Shown: positions 50,728-64,000 of the stretch, piece after piece
Layout: the number at the start of each line of letters is the position of its first letter
Position numbering within the stretch: position 1 is the stretch's first letter
Assembly (NCBI GenBank): GCA_964016885.1
Contig: OZ024740.1
Location: forward strand, 71,486,001-71,550,000
Reading direction: 5' to 3'
Length of the DNA: 64,000 bases
From: Eledone cirrhosa
Taxonomy: Eukaryota
Made by a program: the position numbers and the translations under genes
The notes under the pieces: generated by a model
Database searches by the model: none
Told to the model about the DNA's origin: nothing
Seen by the model: the letters and a program-made list of their open reading frames with translations, nothing else

Positions 50728-53700
50728 GTTTAACGTCCATCTTCCACGCTAGCATGGGTTTGGACGGGAATTTTCCCACTTGAGGCAAGATTGGTTGTCT
50801 TGCTCGCATAGGACTGTCTGGTGGGTTTTCTACGGCTGGATGCCCTTCCTAACACCAATCACGTTTACAGTGTGGACTACACTGCTTGTAAAAGGGTTTC
50901 CCATGCCTAATATAAATCAGATTAAAAACCTATCAAGACTTCTGACATACATTACCCACTAATGCCTTTTCTAGGGTTCCTTTATGTAACCCAGGAACCC
51001 TAGAAAAACACAAAATAAATACAGAATAAACAAAGCCAAATCGAAAACATTAACTATATATTAATTTCTACTTTTGGCACAAGGTCAGCAATTATCCCAG
51101 TGGATTACTGGTGCTTTATTTTATCAACATTGCAAGGATGAAAGGCAAAGTTAACCTCGGCGGTATTTGAACTCAGAATGTAAAGGGGCGTAACTTTATG
51201 CTGCAAAGAGTTACATTAACTATATAATAACAACTTGTTAAAGAATACTTCCAAAGTATTACCTCCTCATCGAGCATATGATTGTTAAGAATCCTGAAAA
51301 AATACTGACCACCTGTAAACAAACAGAGACTGAAATGAGCCAACAGTAGAGGCCTATGTGGTTGCTCAACCTGCTAGAAGTAGCAACCAAATCACACCCA
51401 AATCATATCCTACTGTCATAAAAAAAGAAAGCAAGGCAAAATGTTTTAAAACAGCTTTGTATTATAGAACAAGGGACAGTTTGGTATTGAATGGGTTAAA
51501 CAGCTTAAACCGTGATTCTATTCAGATAGTTTATCAAATGTTCAAATGATATGAAAATCAGTGTACTCATCATCATCATCATCATTTTCCATGATAGCAT
51601 GGATTGTCATTGGTCATCACAGTCTCAGTCAGTTCTTATTTAGAGCTACTGCTCTCCTAGATTTGTCTAGTTTGTGCATTCCCATTTTTGGCATAGCCTT
51701 GACAGTTGGGATCCTTTCTTAATACCAAGCCTTTTTCAGAGAGTACATATGTATGTGTGTAAACACACCTACACTCTCACCCACCCGATGATAATGATAA
51801 TGATATTGACATGATATAGATTAACATATATGTACATATTATAAGTTGTATACTCAAGTAAGTGTGAATAAATGTGAGCTGATATTTTGTCATGATGCCT
51901 TCACTTATTTTCTCCAATAAATAGTTATTGGGTCTTCATTTGGAATTAGAATAACCTGTAATTCTTGTTAGAGTAAATACAACTAGGTTGCTTGAATAGT
52001 CAAGTATTTTACAATCAACTAACTAGATTATCATCATCATCCATCCACATTTCCCACTAGCAAGGATTGGATAGGTTGTCAACGAACCAGGTTTATTTTC
52101 TTAAAGCAGAGGTACTGACATCATGATGGGCCAGGAGTCTGCATCTCGCTTATGTTCCTGCTCCCTAAAAAGTGATCAGATAGGTTGCCAGCCCATGATT
52201 CACTTACATATGATCCTGTGCCCTACATTTTATTGTGACAACAGCACTAGGGAAGATATTTTTTAAGTTTTTTAATGCATTTTCAAACTTCCGAGACAAA
52301 TGGGGAGAGATTGAGAAAGAGAAAGGAGAGAATGTGGCCTCAAATCTGAGACCTGGCTTGAATGGTTACAACAGAATGTACTCCACTAGAAGCACTCAAG
52401 GGCCAGATGAAGGTGATAATCTAAGCAACAGATTATGTCTACCATCCATACAGGTCACAGGAGGATTTGAACTCAGAATGCAAAGAGCTGGAATAAATAC
52501 CACAAAACATCTTGTATGATGATGATCATCATTTAACGTCCATTTTCTACACTAGCATGGGTTGGATGGATTTGTCCCACTTGAGGCAAGATTGGTCGGG
52601 TGACCGTGTCTCATTCATATAGGACTGTTTCTGGCAGGTTTTCTAAGGCTGGATGACCTTCCTAATGCCAACCACATTTACAGTGTGAACTGGGAACCTT
52701 TTGTTGTGTCACCTACATGACCACCTTACAGTGTGGGTTGGATGTTCTGTGGTACCAACATAACTTTACAGAGAAAGGGTGGTGTGGACGGAAGTGGGAG
52801 GATGGAGTAGGGTATGTGTGGTGGGGTGTATATTGGGTTAAGAGGTGCCTACTGACTGTAGGTTTAAGTTCATAGGTAACTAGATTATCAATTCCACTAA
52901 TCCACTGCCCTTAATTGGTACTTTATTTTATTGACTCCAAAATGATGAAAGGCAAGGCTGACTTTGGTGGAATCAAGGATAACAAGAAAGTTAATATTTC
53001 TTAGTCTAAACACACCATTCTCAATACCCCAGATACTGCTTCACATTAGCTATGCCCTAGACATTTTCTCTGCTAGTGAGTTATGTATTGATAAAATGAT
53101 GAAAAAAGAGTTGTGGCTGAAGATACAAAACAACAGTAACAACTGGAAAAAAAAAGCCTTTGCATTGGAGTTTTAACAGTGATAATGGGAGATGTAACCA
53201 CAATTGATTATATTATTTACAAAAATAAGTAAAGAATCATTATTTACAGAAAACTACAGCAGTGGATTGGTTGTATTGGCAGAGCATCGGATAAAATAAT
53301 TTGTTGTATTTAGATATGACTTTCTACATGCTAAGTTCAAATCCCTCTCATGTCAGCTTTGTCTTTCATCCTTCTGGGGTCAATAAAATAAAGTATCAGC
53401 TAAGTATTGGGGTAGATATAATCGACTTTCTCCTTTCCTTAAATTGCTGGCTTTGTGCCAATGCTATAAAAAATTATTATATAAAGACATATAAAGACAT
53501 ATTAAAACAAGTAACAAACGATATTGTTTTTTTTTGTTCTTCTTTTTTTGTAAATTTATAGAACACACCTCTGGTTTTCAGTGGGAAAAATTTTATTCCT
53601 CGTTTTTTTTTCATGTGCTATCAACTAATATAATCTCCAAGATGCTCACAATCGACTTTTTTCCCTGGAAAATGGTGTGGGTGGGATATCCTTTCCCAGA

Positions 53701-53954
53701 TAACTCCCTAAGCCCACTTCTGAGTTTTCAATAGGATTTTTCTTTTTGCATGTTATCCACAAATATGACCTCCAAACCAGTTGGAAATGACTAAATATGT
53801 AGCAAGAAGTGGGTGAAAAGACCATCAGAGTTTCGCAGATCAATACACCTCTCATGTTTGGGGGAAAATACTTAAGATAATGTTTATCATTGAACAACCA
53901 ATCAAGAGATACAACACAAAAATTTGCTAAAATTTAATTTTGAATTATGAGTAA

Positions 53955-56900
53955 CATGGGCTGGGTGGAGTAGGAATCATGTTAGCAGAAAAAGGGGTAG
54001 ATAAGGTAATAGATGTAAATAGAGTGAATGACAGAATAATTAAAATAAAACTTGTCCTAAATAGAACTACTGTGACAATAATATCCGCGTATGCACTCCA
54101 ATCCGGACTGCCTGGCGTTATAAAAGACAGATTCTATGAGTCGCTAATGCTCACTACCTCCCAAATAACCAACAGTGACTACATAATTATTGCTGACGAC
54201 CTAAATGATCATGTTGGACAACATTGTGATGGCTATGACGGAATCCATGGAGGCTATGGGTTTGGTACTAGAAATGAGGAAGGCTCCAGAATCCTGGAAT
54301 TCTGTGACGCTAATAACCTAACTATCTGTAACACAAACTTTAAAAAAACGAGACATTCACTTGATCACCTATAGATCAGGGGAACACGCCAGTCAGATAG
54401 ATTATATCCTTACCAAAAGACGTGACAGAGTGTCTGTTGTAAACACTAAATCCTCCCCCATGAAGAATGCACCTCCCAACATAGCCTCATAGTTAGCGAC
54501 CTCATAGTCAGGACGAGACGTACTCGACAACAGAGGAGGACTACCCTAAGGAGAAGAATATGGAAGTTAAAGGACCCCACAGCCAGTAACAAATTTAAAA
54601 GCATATTACTTGATGCTTTTGACAGTAAGGAAGAGCAATTAGAGACATACAATATAGAGGAACAGTGGGAATTCCTGAAAGCTAACCTGCTGAAGGCGAC
54701 AGATGAAATCTGTGGCTGGAGCAGACCTATAGGCAGGAGGAGAGTAACGTGGTGGTGGAGCAGACCTATAGGCAGGAGGAGAGTAACTTGGTGGTGGAGC
54801 AGACCTATAGGCAGGAGGAGAGTAACGTGGTGGTGGAGCAGACCTATAGGCAGGAGGAGAGTAACGTGGTGGTGGAGCAGACCTATAGGCAGGAGGAGAG
54901 TAACTTGGTGGTGGAGCAGACCTATAGGCAGGAGGAGAGTAATGTGGTGGTGGAGCAGACCTATTGGCAGGAGGAGAGTAACGTAGTGGTGGAGCAGACC
55001 TATTGGCAGGAGGAGAGTAACGTGGTGGTGGAACGGTAAGGTGGCGGAGTCAATCAAGGCGATATATATGAATGTATGTATTCGACCACGATAGTCTTCC
55101 CCACATATTTCCAGCAGTGCAAGTTAAAGGTAGTATAAGTAAGGCAATCAAAGATATGAAGACAGGCAAGCAGCTGGGCCTTCGGAGATAGTTGCTGAAA
55201 TGCTGAAAGCATCTAGAATGGTGGGACACACTATGGTCACCCGGATAGTAAACCAAGTCATACAGAACGGAGTCATACCAAATGACTGGCGTAGCAGCAT
55301 CATAATTAACTGCTACGCCCTAGATAGGGGAAACTATAGAGGCATTAAATTAATTGACCAGGTCATGAAGGTCACAGAAAAAGTTATAGCGCAACTAATC
55401 AGAGAGCAAATTGATCTAGACGAAATGCAGTTTGGGTTTGTGTCAGGTAAAAGTACCACAGACGCCCTTTTCCTTGTACGACAACTACAGGAGAAGTACC
55501 TAGCTAAAAGTAAACCCCTATACTTAGCCTTTGTTGACTTGGAGAAAGCCTTTGACAGAGCACCCCGTTCGATTATCTGGTGGGCCCTTAGAAAACTAGG
55601 TGTTGATGAATGGCTTGTGAGAGCTATACAAGCCATGTATAAAGAAACAGTCAGCAAGGTTAGAATTAACAACGAATATAGTGAAGAATATAGCGTAAAA
55701 GTTGGTGTTCATAAGGGCTCTGTCCTTAGCCCCCTCCTATTTATTATTGCCCTTCAGGCTATAACAGAGGATTTCAAGATCGGCTGCCCATGGTAACTTC
55801 TCTATGCAGATGATCTAACGCTCATAGCTGAATCGATGGCTGAACTAGAGAATAAATTCCAAACATGGAAGCATGGCCTAGAATCAAAAGGCCTTAAAGT
55901 TAACTTGTCTAAGACTAAAGTTCTAGTATGTAGGAAGGAAAATAGGGCACAGGTCCCCTCTGGGAAATGGTCATGCTCAGTGTGTAGGAAAGGAGTAGGC
56001 AGAAATTCCATTTTATGTCCCAAATGCAAAGTATGGGTGCATAAAAGATGTAGTGGGATCACAGGTAAGCTATCTAAGAACGTAGATTTTAAATGTGGCC
56101 GGTGCTCAGGTGCAATAATTAGCAAGTGCTCACAGGATACTAGCTCCTTCTATTGCTCAGATGGCTCTATAGAAATAGTGGACACTTTCTGTTACATGGG
56201 TGACAAAATCAGCAGTGGTGGAGGGTGCTCTGAAAGTACAGTAGCCAGAGTCAGAATGGGATGGAAAAAGTTCAGAGAGCTTATACCACTATTGACCGCT
56301 AAAGGTTTCTCTCTAAAAATGAAAGGCAGACTGTATGCAGGCATCATACAGTCTGCCTTTCATTTTTAGAGAGAAACCTTTAGCGGTCATTAGTGGTATA
56401 AGCTCTCTGAACTTTTTCCATCCCGTTCTGACTCTGGCTACTGTACTTTCACTTAGTTCATTTATGCTTTGCTGTTCACGTATATTACTATTACACATCC
56501 AGCAGAGCATGCATGCTTCATTCCTCTCCAGTCTGTGCAGATCCTCTGCACACAATGCCCATTTCTCACTGCCATGTAACATAGAGAAATTAGGAATAAG
56601 AGGGATCAGATGCTGTTTACTCGAGAGAAGATTACATTGGTATGGTCATGTGATGCGCATGAAAGACGACAGCTGTATAAAAAAGTGCAGTGCGATCAAA
56701 ATTGACGGAAGTTATGGAGTAGGCAAACCCAGAAAAATATGGGATGATTTGATAAATTCCAATCTTACACACTTACACCTCTCTAAGACAATGTCACTGG
56801 ACCAAGATCTTTGGCGCTATGCAGTAATACAGAAAACCCGCCTTCCTAAGTACAAAACGAAACCTACAGTCAGTAGGCACCCCCATCCCACTACCCCGGC

Positions 56901-57230
56901 TCCCCCACCCCACCCCCATCAACACCACCCCTTTCTCTGTAAAGTTATGTTGGTACCACAACATCCAGTCCTAAATAAATGTGGTCATGTAGGTGTCACA
57001 ACAAAAAAACACACAGTCCACGCTGTAATGTGGCCGTGTAGGTAACACGGTAAAAACCTCCCAGTCCACACTGTAAACGTGGTTGGTGTTAGGAAGGGCA
57101 TCCAGCCATAGAAAACCTGCCAGAAAGTCCTATACAAACAAGACAACCAATCTTGCCTCAAGTGGGACAATTCCCGTCTAAACCCATGCTAGCGTGGAAG
57201 ATAGACGTTAAACGATGATGATGATGATGA
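53955..57230 (+). mobile_element. RTE LINE, near full length (APE, RT, 3' UTR), internally rearranged
   Basis: APE motifs IISAYA, DLNDHVG, RNEEGSRILEFC, QIDYIL; RT FVDLEKAFD and YADD; (GAT)n tail at 57214-57229. Confidence 0.93.
54717..55032 (+). repeat. 39-bp tandem repeat, 8 copies, inside the RTE ORF
   Basis: Unit tggagcagacctataggcaggaggagagtaacgtggtgg; single copy at 58103-58145. Confidence 0.95.
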
Positions 57231-57874
57231 AAGACAAAAAACTTCTCGAGATAAGACTAGGTGAATTACATGCAGAGAATGTAGGTAAACAAGAAATCTT
57301 TCTGTTTATTATGAAAAAAAAAGTGTATGAAGTATTTCAAGCATTTATAAAAAATATGACGTGCTTACAAAATTTACAGACAAGTTTATACAAATTTATA
57401 CAAATTTAGACAAGTTTATATAAGAAAAAAAAAAAAAATGCATTAATTTGCATTAACAACCAATTTTTCTAATGAAGTTTTATTATGGCCTATTTTCCAA
57501 ATTTTGGGTGTTCATCATCATAAATGCTGACAAAGTTGTATTCCTTGTATATTTATGTATATATATATATCATCATCATCATCATCGTTTAACGTCCATT
57601 TTCCACGCTAGCATGAGTAGAAAGGGCTCTCTTTGAGAGGGATCTGGTTGGGGGACTGATTTGCTCATTCAGAACTGACTTGGCTTGGTTTCTACAGCTG
57701 GATGCCCTTCCTAACAACAACCACATTTACAGTGTGCTGGGTGCTTTTTGCTGTGTCACCTACACGACCACTTTACAGTGGTGTGAAATGGATGCTTTTT
57801 GTTGTGACACCTACACTGTCTATTGCTTCTACCGAACCTTCCCAGAATTGGATATATATATATATATATTTATA

Positions 57875-57970
57875 CTAGATCAACGGTGACCCGTTGGGTC
57901 ACGTTCGCTTAAAGATACTTTCTGAAAATCGCGTTCACTTAAAAATAATTTTTAAATAATTAAAATATAC
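57875..57970 (-). mobile_element. Helitron 3' end
   Basis: Minus strand gtgacccaacgggtcac hairpin followed by CTAG|T. Confidence 0.7.
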
Positions 57971-59358
57971 AGTAATAAATTTAAAAGCATATTACTTGAG
58001 GCTTTTGATAGTAAAGAAGAGCAATTAGAGTTATACAATATAGAGGAACAGTGGGAATTCCTGAAAGCTAACCTACTGAAGGCGACAGATGAAATCTGTG
58101 GCTGGAGCAGACCTATAGGCAGGAGGAGAGTAACTTGGTGGTGGAACAGTAAGGTGGAGGAGTCAATCAAGGCCAAAAAGCAGGCTTGGAAAGTATGGCG
58201 GGATGGGGGAAGTAGAGAAGACTATCAAGTGGCCAGGAGGGAAGCTAGGAGACAAGTGTACTTCGCAAGAAGGGAAGCAGAGGAAAGAAAGTTCAAGCAT
58301 GTTCTACAACGCGAGGACCAAAAACGTGAGGTGTTCAGGATTGCTAGGCAATGTGTCAAGGAAAACCGTGATATTGTCGGGGAGAAGTGTGTCCTTAATG
58401 ATGATGGTGTACTTGCCATCACTGATGCTGATAAGAAGGTAGCTTGGAAGTGTCACTACGAAAGGCTACTAAATGAGGAGAATAAATGGGAGAAAGACAG
58501 TCTCCCCCACATCGATCCAATAGAGGGAGCAGCAGTGCAAGTTGAAGGTAGTATAATAAGTAAGGCGATCAAAGATATGAAGACAAATAAGGCGGCTGGG
58601 CTTTCGGAAATAGTTGCTGAAATGCTGAAAGCATCTGGAACGGTGGGACACACTATGGTCACCCGAATAGTAAACCAAGTCATACAGAATGCGGTCGTTC
58701 CGAAGGACTGGCGTAGCAGCATCATCATTAACTGCTACAAGGGTAAAGGAGATGCCCTAGATAGGGGAAACTATAGAGGCATTAAATTAATTGACCAGGT
58801 CATGAAGGTCACAGAAAAAGTAATAGTGCAACTAATCAGAGAGCGAATTGATCTAGATGAAATGCAGTTCGGGTTTGTGTCAGGTAAAAGTACCACAGAC
58901 GCTCTTTTCATTGTACGGCAACTACAGGAGAAGTACCTAGCTAAAAGTAAACCCCTATACTTAGCATTTGTTGACTTGGAGAAAGCCTTTGACAGAGTCC
59001 CACGCCCCATTATCTGGTGGGCTCTCAGAAAACTAGGTGTTGACGAATGGCTTGTGAGAGCTATACAAGCCATGTATAAAGAAACAGTCAGCAAGGTTAG
59101 AATTAACAACGAATATAGTGAAGAGTTTAGCGTAAAAGTTGGTGTTCATCAGGGCTCCGTCCTTAGCCCCCTCCTATTTATTATTGCCCTTCGGGCTATG
59201 ACAGAGGAGTTCAAGACCGGGCATCGATCCGTAGAAAACCCGCCTGACAGTCCTATACGAGCAGGACAACCAATCTTGCCTCAAGTGGGAAAACTCCCGT
59301 CCAAACCCATGCAAGCGTGGAAGATGGACGTTAAACGATGATGATGATGATGATGATG
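57970..59358 (+). mobile_element. RTE LINE with an internal deletion joining mid-RT to the 3' UTR
   Basis: ORF 58154-59341 is RTE up to EEFKTG (59220), then 3' UTR and (GAT)n. Confidence 0.92.
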
Positions 59359-59390
<32 letters not shown>

Positions 59391-59410
59391 ATATATACAT
59401 ACATACATAC

Positions 59411-60760
59411 ATCTTCTTAGCCCCCTCCTGTTCATCATAGTCCTGCAGGCAATAACGGAGGAGTTTAAGACCGGATGCCCATGGGAACTCCTGTATGCTG
59501 ATGACCTCGCACTTATAGCTGAATCTATGGTAGAACTAGAGAAGAAATTCCAAACTTGGAAGCAGGAACTAGAAAGAAAGAGTCTCAAAGTCAACATGAC
59601 AAAGACTAAGGTCCTTGTAAGTAGACGAGAAAACAGAACCCAGATCCCCTCAGGGAAATGGCCTTGGTCAGTATGTAGGAAAGGTGTAGGTAGGAACTCC
59701 ATTCTCTGCCCCAAATGCAAAAAATGGGTACACAAGAGATGTAGCGGGATCTCAGGAAACTTAATTAAGAATGTAGGCTTCACATGCAGCAGCTGTGCTG
59801 GGACAGCAAGCAGCAAACAGCCACAGGAAACAAGTACCACCAATCTCTGGGAGGGTTCTGTAGAAACAGTAGACAGCTTCTGCTACCTAGGTGACCGAAT
59901 TAGCAGCGGAGGTGGGTGTTCAGAAAGTACAATAACTAGGGTAAGAACGGGATGGAAGAAGTTTAGGGAACTACTACCACTGCTAGCTGCAAAAGGCTTC
60001 TCCCTCAGAATGAAAGGCAGACTGTATGATGCGTGTATCCGAACAACGATGTTGCATCGTAGTGAGACCTGGGCCCTGAAGGTGGAAGACTTACGTAGAT
60101 TAGAGAGAAACGAAGCCTGCATGCTCCGATGGATGTGTAACAGTAATATACGTGAACGACAAAGCATAAATGAATTGAGAGAGAGACTGAGCATAAAAGG
60201 AATCAAATGCTGTGTGCAGGAGAGGCGGTTGCGCTGGTATGGACATTTGATGCGTATGAAGGATGACAGCTGCATAAAAAGGTGCAGAGCACTAGAAGTC
60301 AATGGAAAACGCATAGTGGGGAGACCCAAGATGACCTGGGATGAGGTGATAAAAGCCGACCTTACCCAATTACACCTCTCAAAGGCAATGACACACGACC
60401 GTGACCTTTGGCGTCACGCAGTAATACAGAGTACCCGACCTCCCATGGGTACAAGCTGAAGCATATAGACAATATGCCCCCACACCCTCCCACTGCAAGG
60501 TGGTCGTGTAGGCGCCACAAAAAAGCACCCAGCACTCACTGTAAAGTGGACGTGTAGGCGCCACGAAAAAGCACCCAGCACTCACTGTAAATGAGGTTGG
60601 TGTTAGGAAGAGCATCCAGCTGTAGAAATCAAGCCAAATCAGTTCCTGTATGAGCAAGGCATGGTCAGCCGACCAGACACTGCCCACAACAGGACAACCC
60701 GTCTAACCCATGCTAGCGTGGAAGAACGGACGTAAAACGGTGATGATGATGATGATGATG
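59411..60760 (+). mobile_element. RTE LINE 3' third, frame intact
   Basis: LSPLLF, LYADD, PHD-like Cys/His domain, ERRLRWYGH, 3' UTR and (GAT)n tail. Confidence 0.93.
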
Positions 60761-60781
60761 ACATACATATATATACATATG

Positions 60782-62410
60782 TATCATCGTCATCACTGTT
60801 TAATATTCATTTTTCCTTGCTAGCATGAGTTAGATGAGTTGTCCTGTTGTGTAAAATGCCAGGTCAGGTGACGATGCCTCGCTCATACAGAACTGGTTTT
60901 GGCTTGGTTTCTACAGCTGGATGCCCTTCCTGATTCCAAACTGATTTACAGTGTGTGCTGGGTGCTTTTTGTTGTGACACCAACATGACCACTTTTCAGT
61001 GTGGGCTGTCTGCCTTCCATTTTCAGGGAAAAGACTTTTGTAGTTACCAGTGGTAGTAGCTCCCTGAACTTCTTTCATCCCATTCTCACCCTGGCTATTG
61101 TACTTTTGGAGAACCCATCTCAGCTGCTAATTTAGTCAATGTCTACTGAACCTTTCCAGAATTTGATAGTGCTTGTTTCCTGTGGTTGTTTGCTGCTTAT
61201 TGGTCTGGTGCATTGGCTACATGTAAAGCCTACGTTTTTAGCTAAACTACCTGAGATCCCACTACATCTCTTGTGTACTCATAGTGTGCATTTGGGACAG
61301 AGGATGGAATTTCTACCTACGCCTTTCCTACTGACAGAGCAAAGCCATTTCCTTGGGGGATCAGGGCTCTGATTTCTCTTCTACTTACTAGGATCTTAGT
61401 CTTTGTCAGGTTGACTTTTAGACCTTTTGTTTCTAGGCCATGCTTCCAGATTTGGAATTACTCTTCTAATTCTGCCATAGACTCAGCTATGAGTGTAAGA
61501 TCATGCACATACAGGAGTTTGCATGGACAGCTGGTCTTAAACTCCTTTGTTATAGCCTGAAGTATAATAAACAGGAGAGGGCTAAGAACAGATCCCTGGT
61601 GGATGCCAACCTGCACACTAAATTCCTTGCTATAGTCGTTGTTAATCATAACTTTGCTGATTGTTCCCTATACATGGCTTGTACAGCCTTCACAAGCAAC
61701 TTATCTACTCCTAGTTTTCTAAGAGCTCACCAGATTATGGCATGAGGGACTCTGTTAAAAGCTTCCTCCACATCAAAAAAATACCAGGTAGGTACTACTC
61801 CAGTAGCTGCTACACAAGGAAGAGAGCATTTGTGGTGCTTTTACCTGGCACAAATCCAAACTGCATCTTATCTAGATTAACCCAGTCCCTAATCAGCTGT
61901 GCTATAACTCTTTTTGCTCCTTTCATGACCTGGTCCATCAGCTTGATGCCTCTATAGTTTCCTCAATCTAGTGTATTTCCTTTACCCTTGTAGCTGCAGC
62001 ACCAATCATTCGGTATGAATCCATTTAGTATGGTGTGAACCACTGACCCAGATGCTTTCAGCATCTCAGCAACTATTGCCGGTGGACCAACTATTTTTCT
62101 GGTCTTCATATCCTTAATTGCCTTACTACACTGATGCTGACTTGTACAGCTGGGTCTTCTATTGGGTCCACTTGGGGTAGGCTCTTTTTCTCCCATGCAT
62201 TCTCCTCATTCAGTAATCTTTCATAATAGCTCCTCCATGGTACTTTCTTTTCAGCATCTGTGAGGGCAAGCATGCCTTTATCATCATGTACACACTTCTC
62301 ACTAATGACATCACAATTTTCCCTAACACACTACCTCCCAATCCTGAAAACTTCATGTTTCTGGTCTTCACACTACAAAACATGCTTGAATTTTTTATAT
62401 TCTGCTTTCT
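60782..62410 (-). mobile_element. RTE LINE, degenerate and internally deleted
   Basis: HQGSVLSPLLF, YVHD, YKGKGNTLD; tail near 60782. Confidence 0.87.
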
Positions 62411-62451
62411 GAAGACACACACACGCACACACACATACTCACTCATGCGCG

Positions 62452-62487
<36 letters not shown>

Positions 62488-62673
62488 CATATATATATAT
62501 GTTATACATATATGTTATATATGAATGTATGTATTCGACCATAAACCACAAAAACCATGATACCTTCCAGCTGTTGACTGAGGAGTGCACTGTGTTTTGT
62601 TTGTTTTTCCATTGCCTTCACCCACTGTGTTTAATTTATTGTATGATCTTAGACATGCAGGACACTTTTTCAA

Positions 62674-62740
<67 letters not shown>

Positions 62741-63235
62741 CTAGCAGCAGTACCCAGCGTTGCCTGGGTAGGTAAAATAATACCTGCTTTGATGAAAAGG
62801 TGTTGATCTTAGCGACTGCTTCTTGATGACTCATCTATGGCCACACACAGGCCATGCGGAGGAGGGTGGTGATGACCTCTATCACTGAGAAACGCGGGTG
62901 ACTGACGATGTTTATGCGTGTGTGTGCATGCGTGCAGCGTTCCACAGAAAGTAAAAACTATCAACATGTGTGAGTGTGTGCGTGTGTGTAAGTGCACGGG
63001 TACGTGTGTAAGTTTGCGTGCATGTGCGTGTTTCCATGCATGTGTACGTGCGGCGTTCCACAATCGCCACGCAGTTTATCTGTCTGTGTGCCTGTCTGTC
63101 AGTCTAACATACACAGAGTTGTGAAGGGAGTAAATTAGATAAGCATGTTATCCATATCCCTATTAATTTGGCATTTGTATAAACCATTTCAAGTAAATAG
63201 GGACCTTTTTTACATTGACGGACAATTTTTATATT
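62741..63235 (-). mobile_element. non-autonomous Helitron, minus strand
   Basis: Minus-strand 3' end tacccaggcaacgctgggta hairpin then ctgctgCTAG|T; 5' end uncertain. Confidence 0.7.
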
Positions 63236-63240
63236 AATTA

Positions 63241-63599
63241 TCTATATCTATATCTACATATAATATAAAAGATTGGAACTTCCATCATCCTTTTGAGAAA
63301 CGTGGAACAACCACGTCTATGCAATGATACACGTTTTACAGTCAGGCAGAAGATGAACCATCTCCTAGCGGTCACTATTCTAGGTGGGAGCACATAGAAT
63401 TGTTCATATACTATGCACAAACGGTACAACGAAGAATGTGGTATATCTGGAAGATTTTTAAAATTGTTTTTTGTATCACACAGACACCACGGACTCGCCT
63501 CAAACTGTAACCAGACAAACATCCAATACAGTCATTTTCTCTTTTACCTGTCTTCTCTTATCATCTGTTTACCCGGGCGAAGCTGGGTACGTCAGCTAG
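63241..63599 (+). mobile_element. non-autonomous Helitron carrying a Pif1 helicase fragment
   Basis: A|TCTATA start; hairpin cccgggcgaagctggg then CTAG|T; KIGTSIILLRNVEQPRLCNDTRFTV at 63269-63345. Confidence 0.85.
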
Positions 63600-63744
63600 T
63601 ATATATATATATATATGAAAAAAGACTTCACTTGTAGTTCTAAACAATTTGATTTAATTTTATAATATAATTTTACAATTTAGTTTTGTAGAAGATCTAC
63701 AAAACTAAATTGTCTGTATATATATAAAATTAACTATGTCTTCC

Positions 63745-63847
63745 ACATCATCATTGAAATCATCATAATCATTGTCATCATCATCGTCATCATCATCATC
63801 ATCATCATTGTCATCCTCTTCGTCATCATCCACAACATCATCATCCT
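63745..63847. repeat. (CAT)n microsatellite
   Basis: Direct reading. Confidence 0.9.
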
Positions 63848-64000
63848 CTGGGAAGCTTGATTGACACAGTATGCAACATAAAGCTAGGATGGCACAGTAT
63901 GGCAATGGTGAGATATGGTGGCAAAACAAGGCATTTCGAAGCTAGGTTGCTGCACTATGGCACACTATGGGACTGGGGAGCTTCAGTGACACAGTGTAGA

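Noticed and set aside
52370-52440. Possible hammerhead ribozyme (ccagatgaagg...ctaagcaac)
   Set aside because: Core would need CUGANGA and GAAA; both are broken and the stems are unconvincing
54717-55032. CRISPR-like appearance of regular repeats (also 43269-43630)
   Set aside because: Units are head-to-tail with no unique spacers, derive from LINE sequence, and there are no cas genes; the DNA is eukaryotic
58154-59341. 395-aa ORF as a host gene
   Set aside because: RTE ORF fragment fused by deletion to its own 3' UTR; lacks the YADD motif

Overview
AT-rich, repeat-saturated animal genomic DNA. RTE LINEs with (GAT)n tails, tRNA-derived SINEs, TA/CA microsatellites and effector-less poly-C2H2 genes suggest a cephalopod such as Octopus (inference). 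Host content is one intact 21-finger C2H2 zinc-finger ORF (19396-21294, minus) and a tandemly duplicated paralog (36037-37657). The paralog's 5' part is broken, but fingers 8-21 stay open behind a newly created ATG. The dominant structure is a nest of retroelements at 5435-19010: an RTE LINE contains a CsRn1-type Ty3/Gypsy element (5764-17999), which contains three non-coding, non-autonomous LTR elements (A, B inside A, and C), each with a 4-bp TSD. These share a conserved internal core with an invariant stem-loop whose loop is self-complementary (candidate kissing-loop dimerisation signal). A and B carry an over-long tRNA-Trp copy mismatched at the m1A58 position, and all three have LTR pairs that differ mainly at the tips. 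The rest is TE debris (Penelope, mariner, hAT, Merlin, CRE, Helitron, RTE, MITEs) with many fold-back and templated-insertion scars. All calls are by eye; no database searches were run, and edges of degenerate repeats are approximate.
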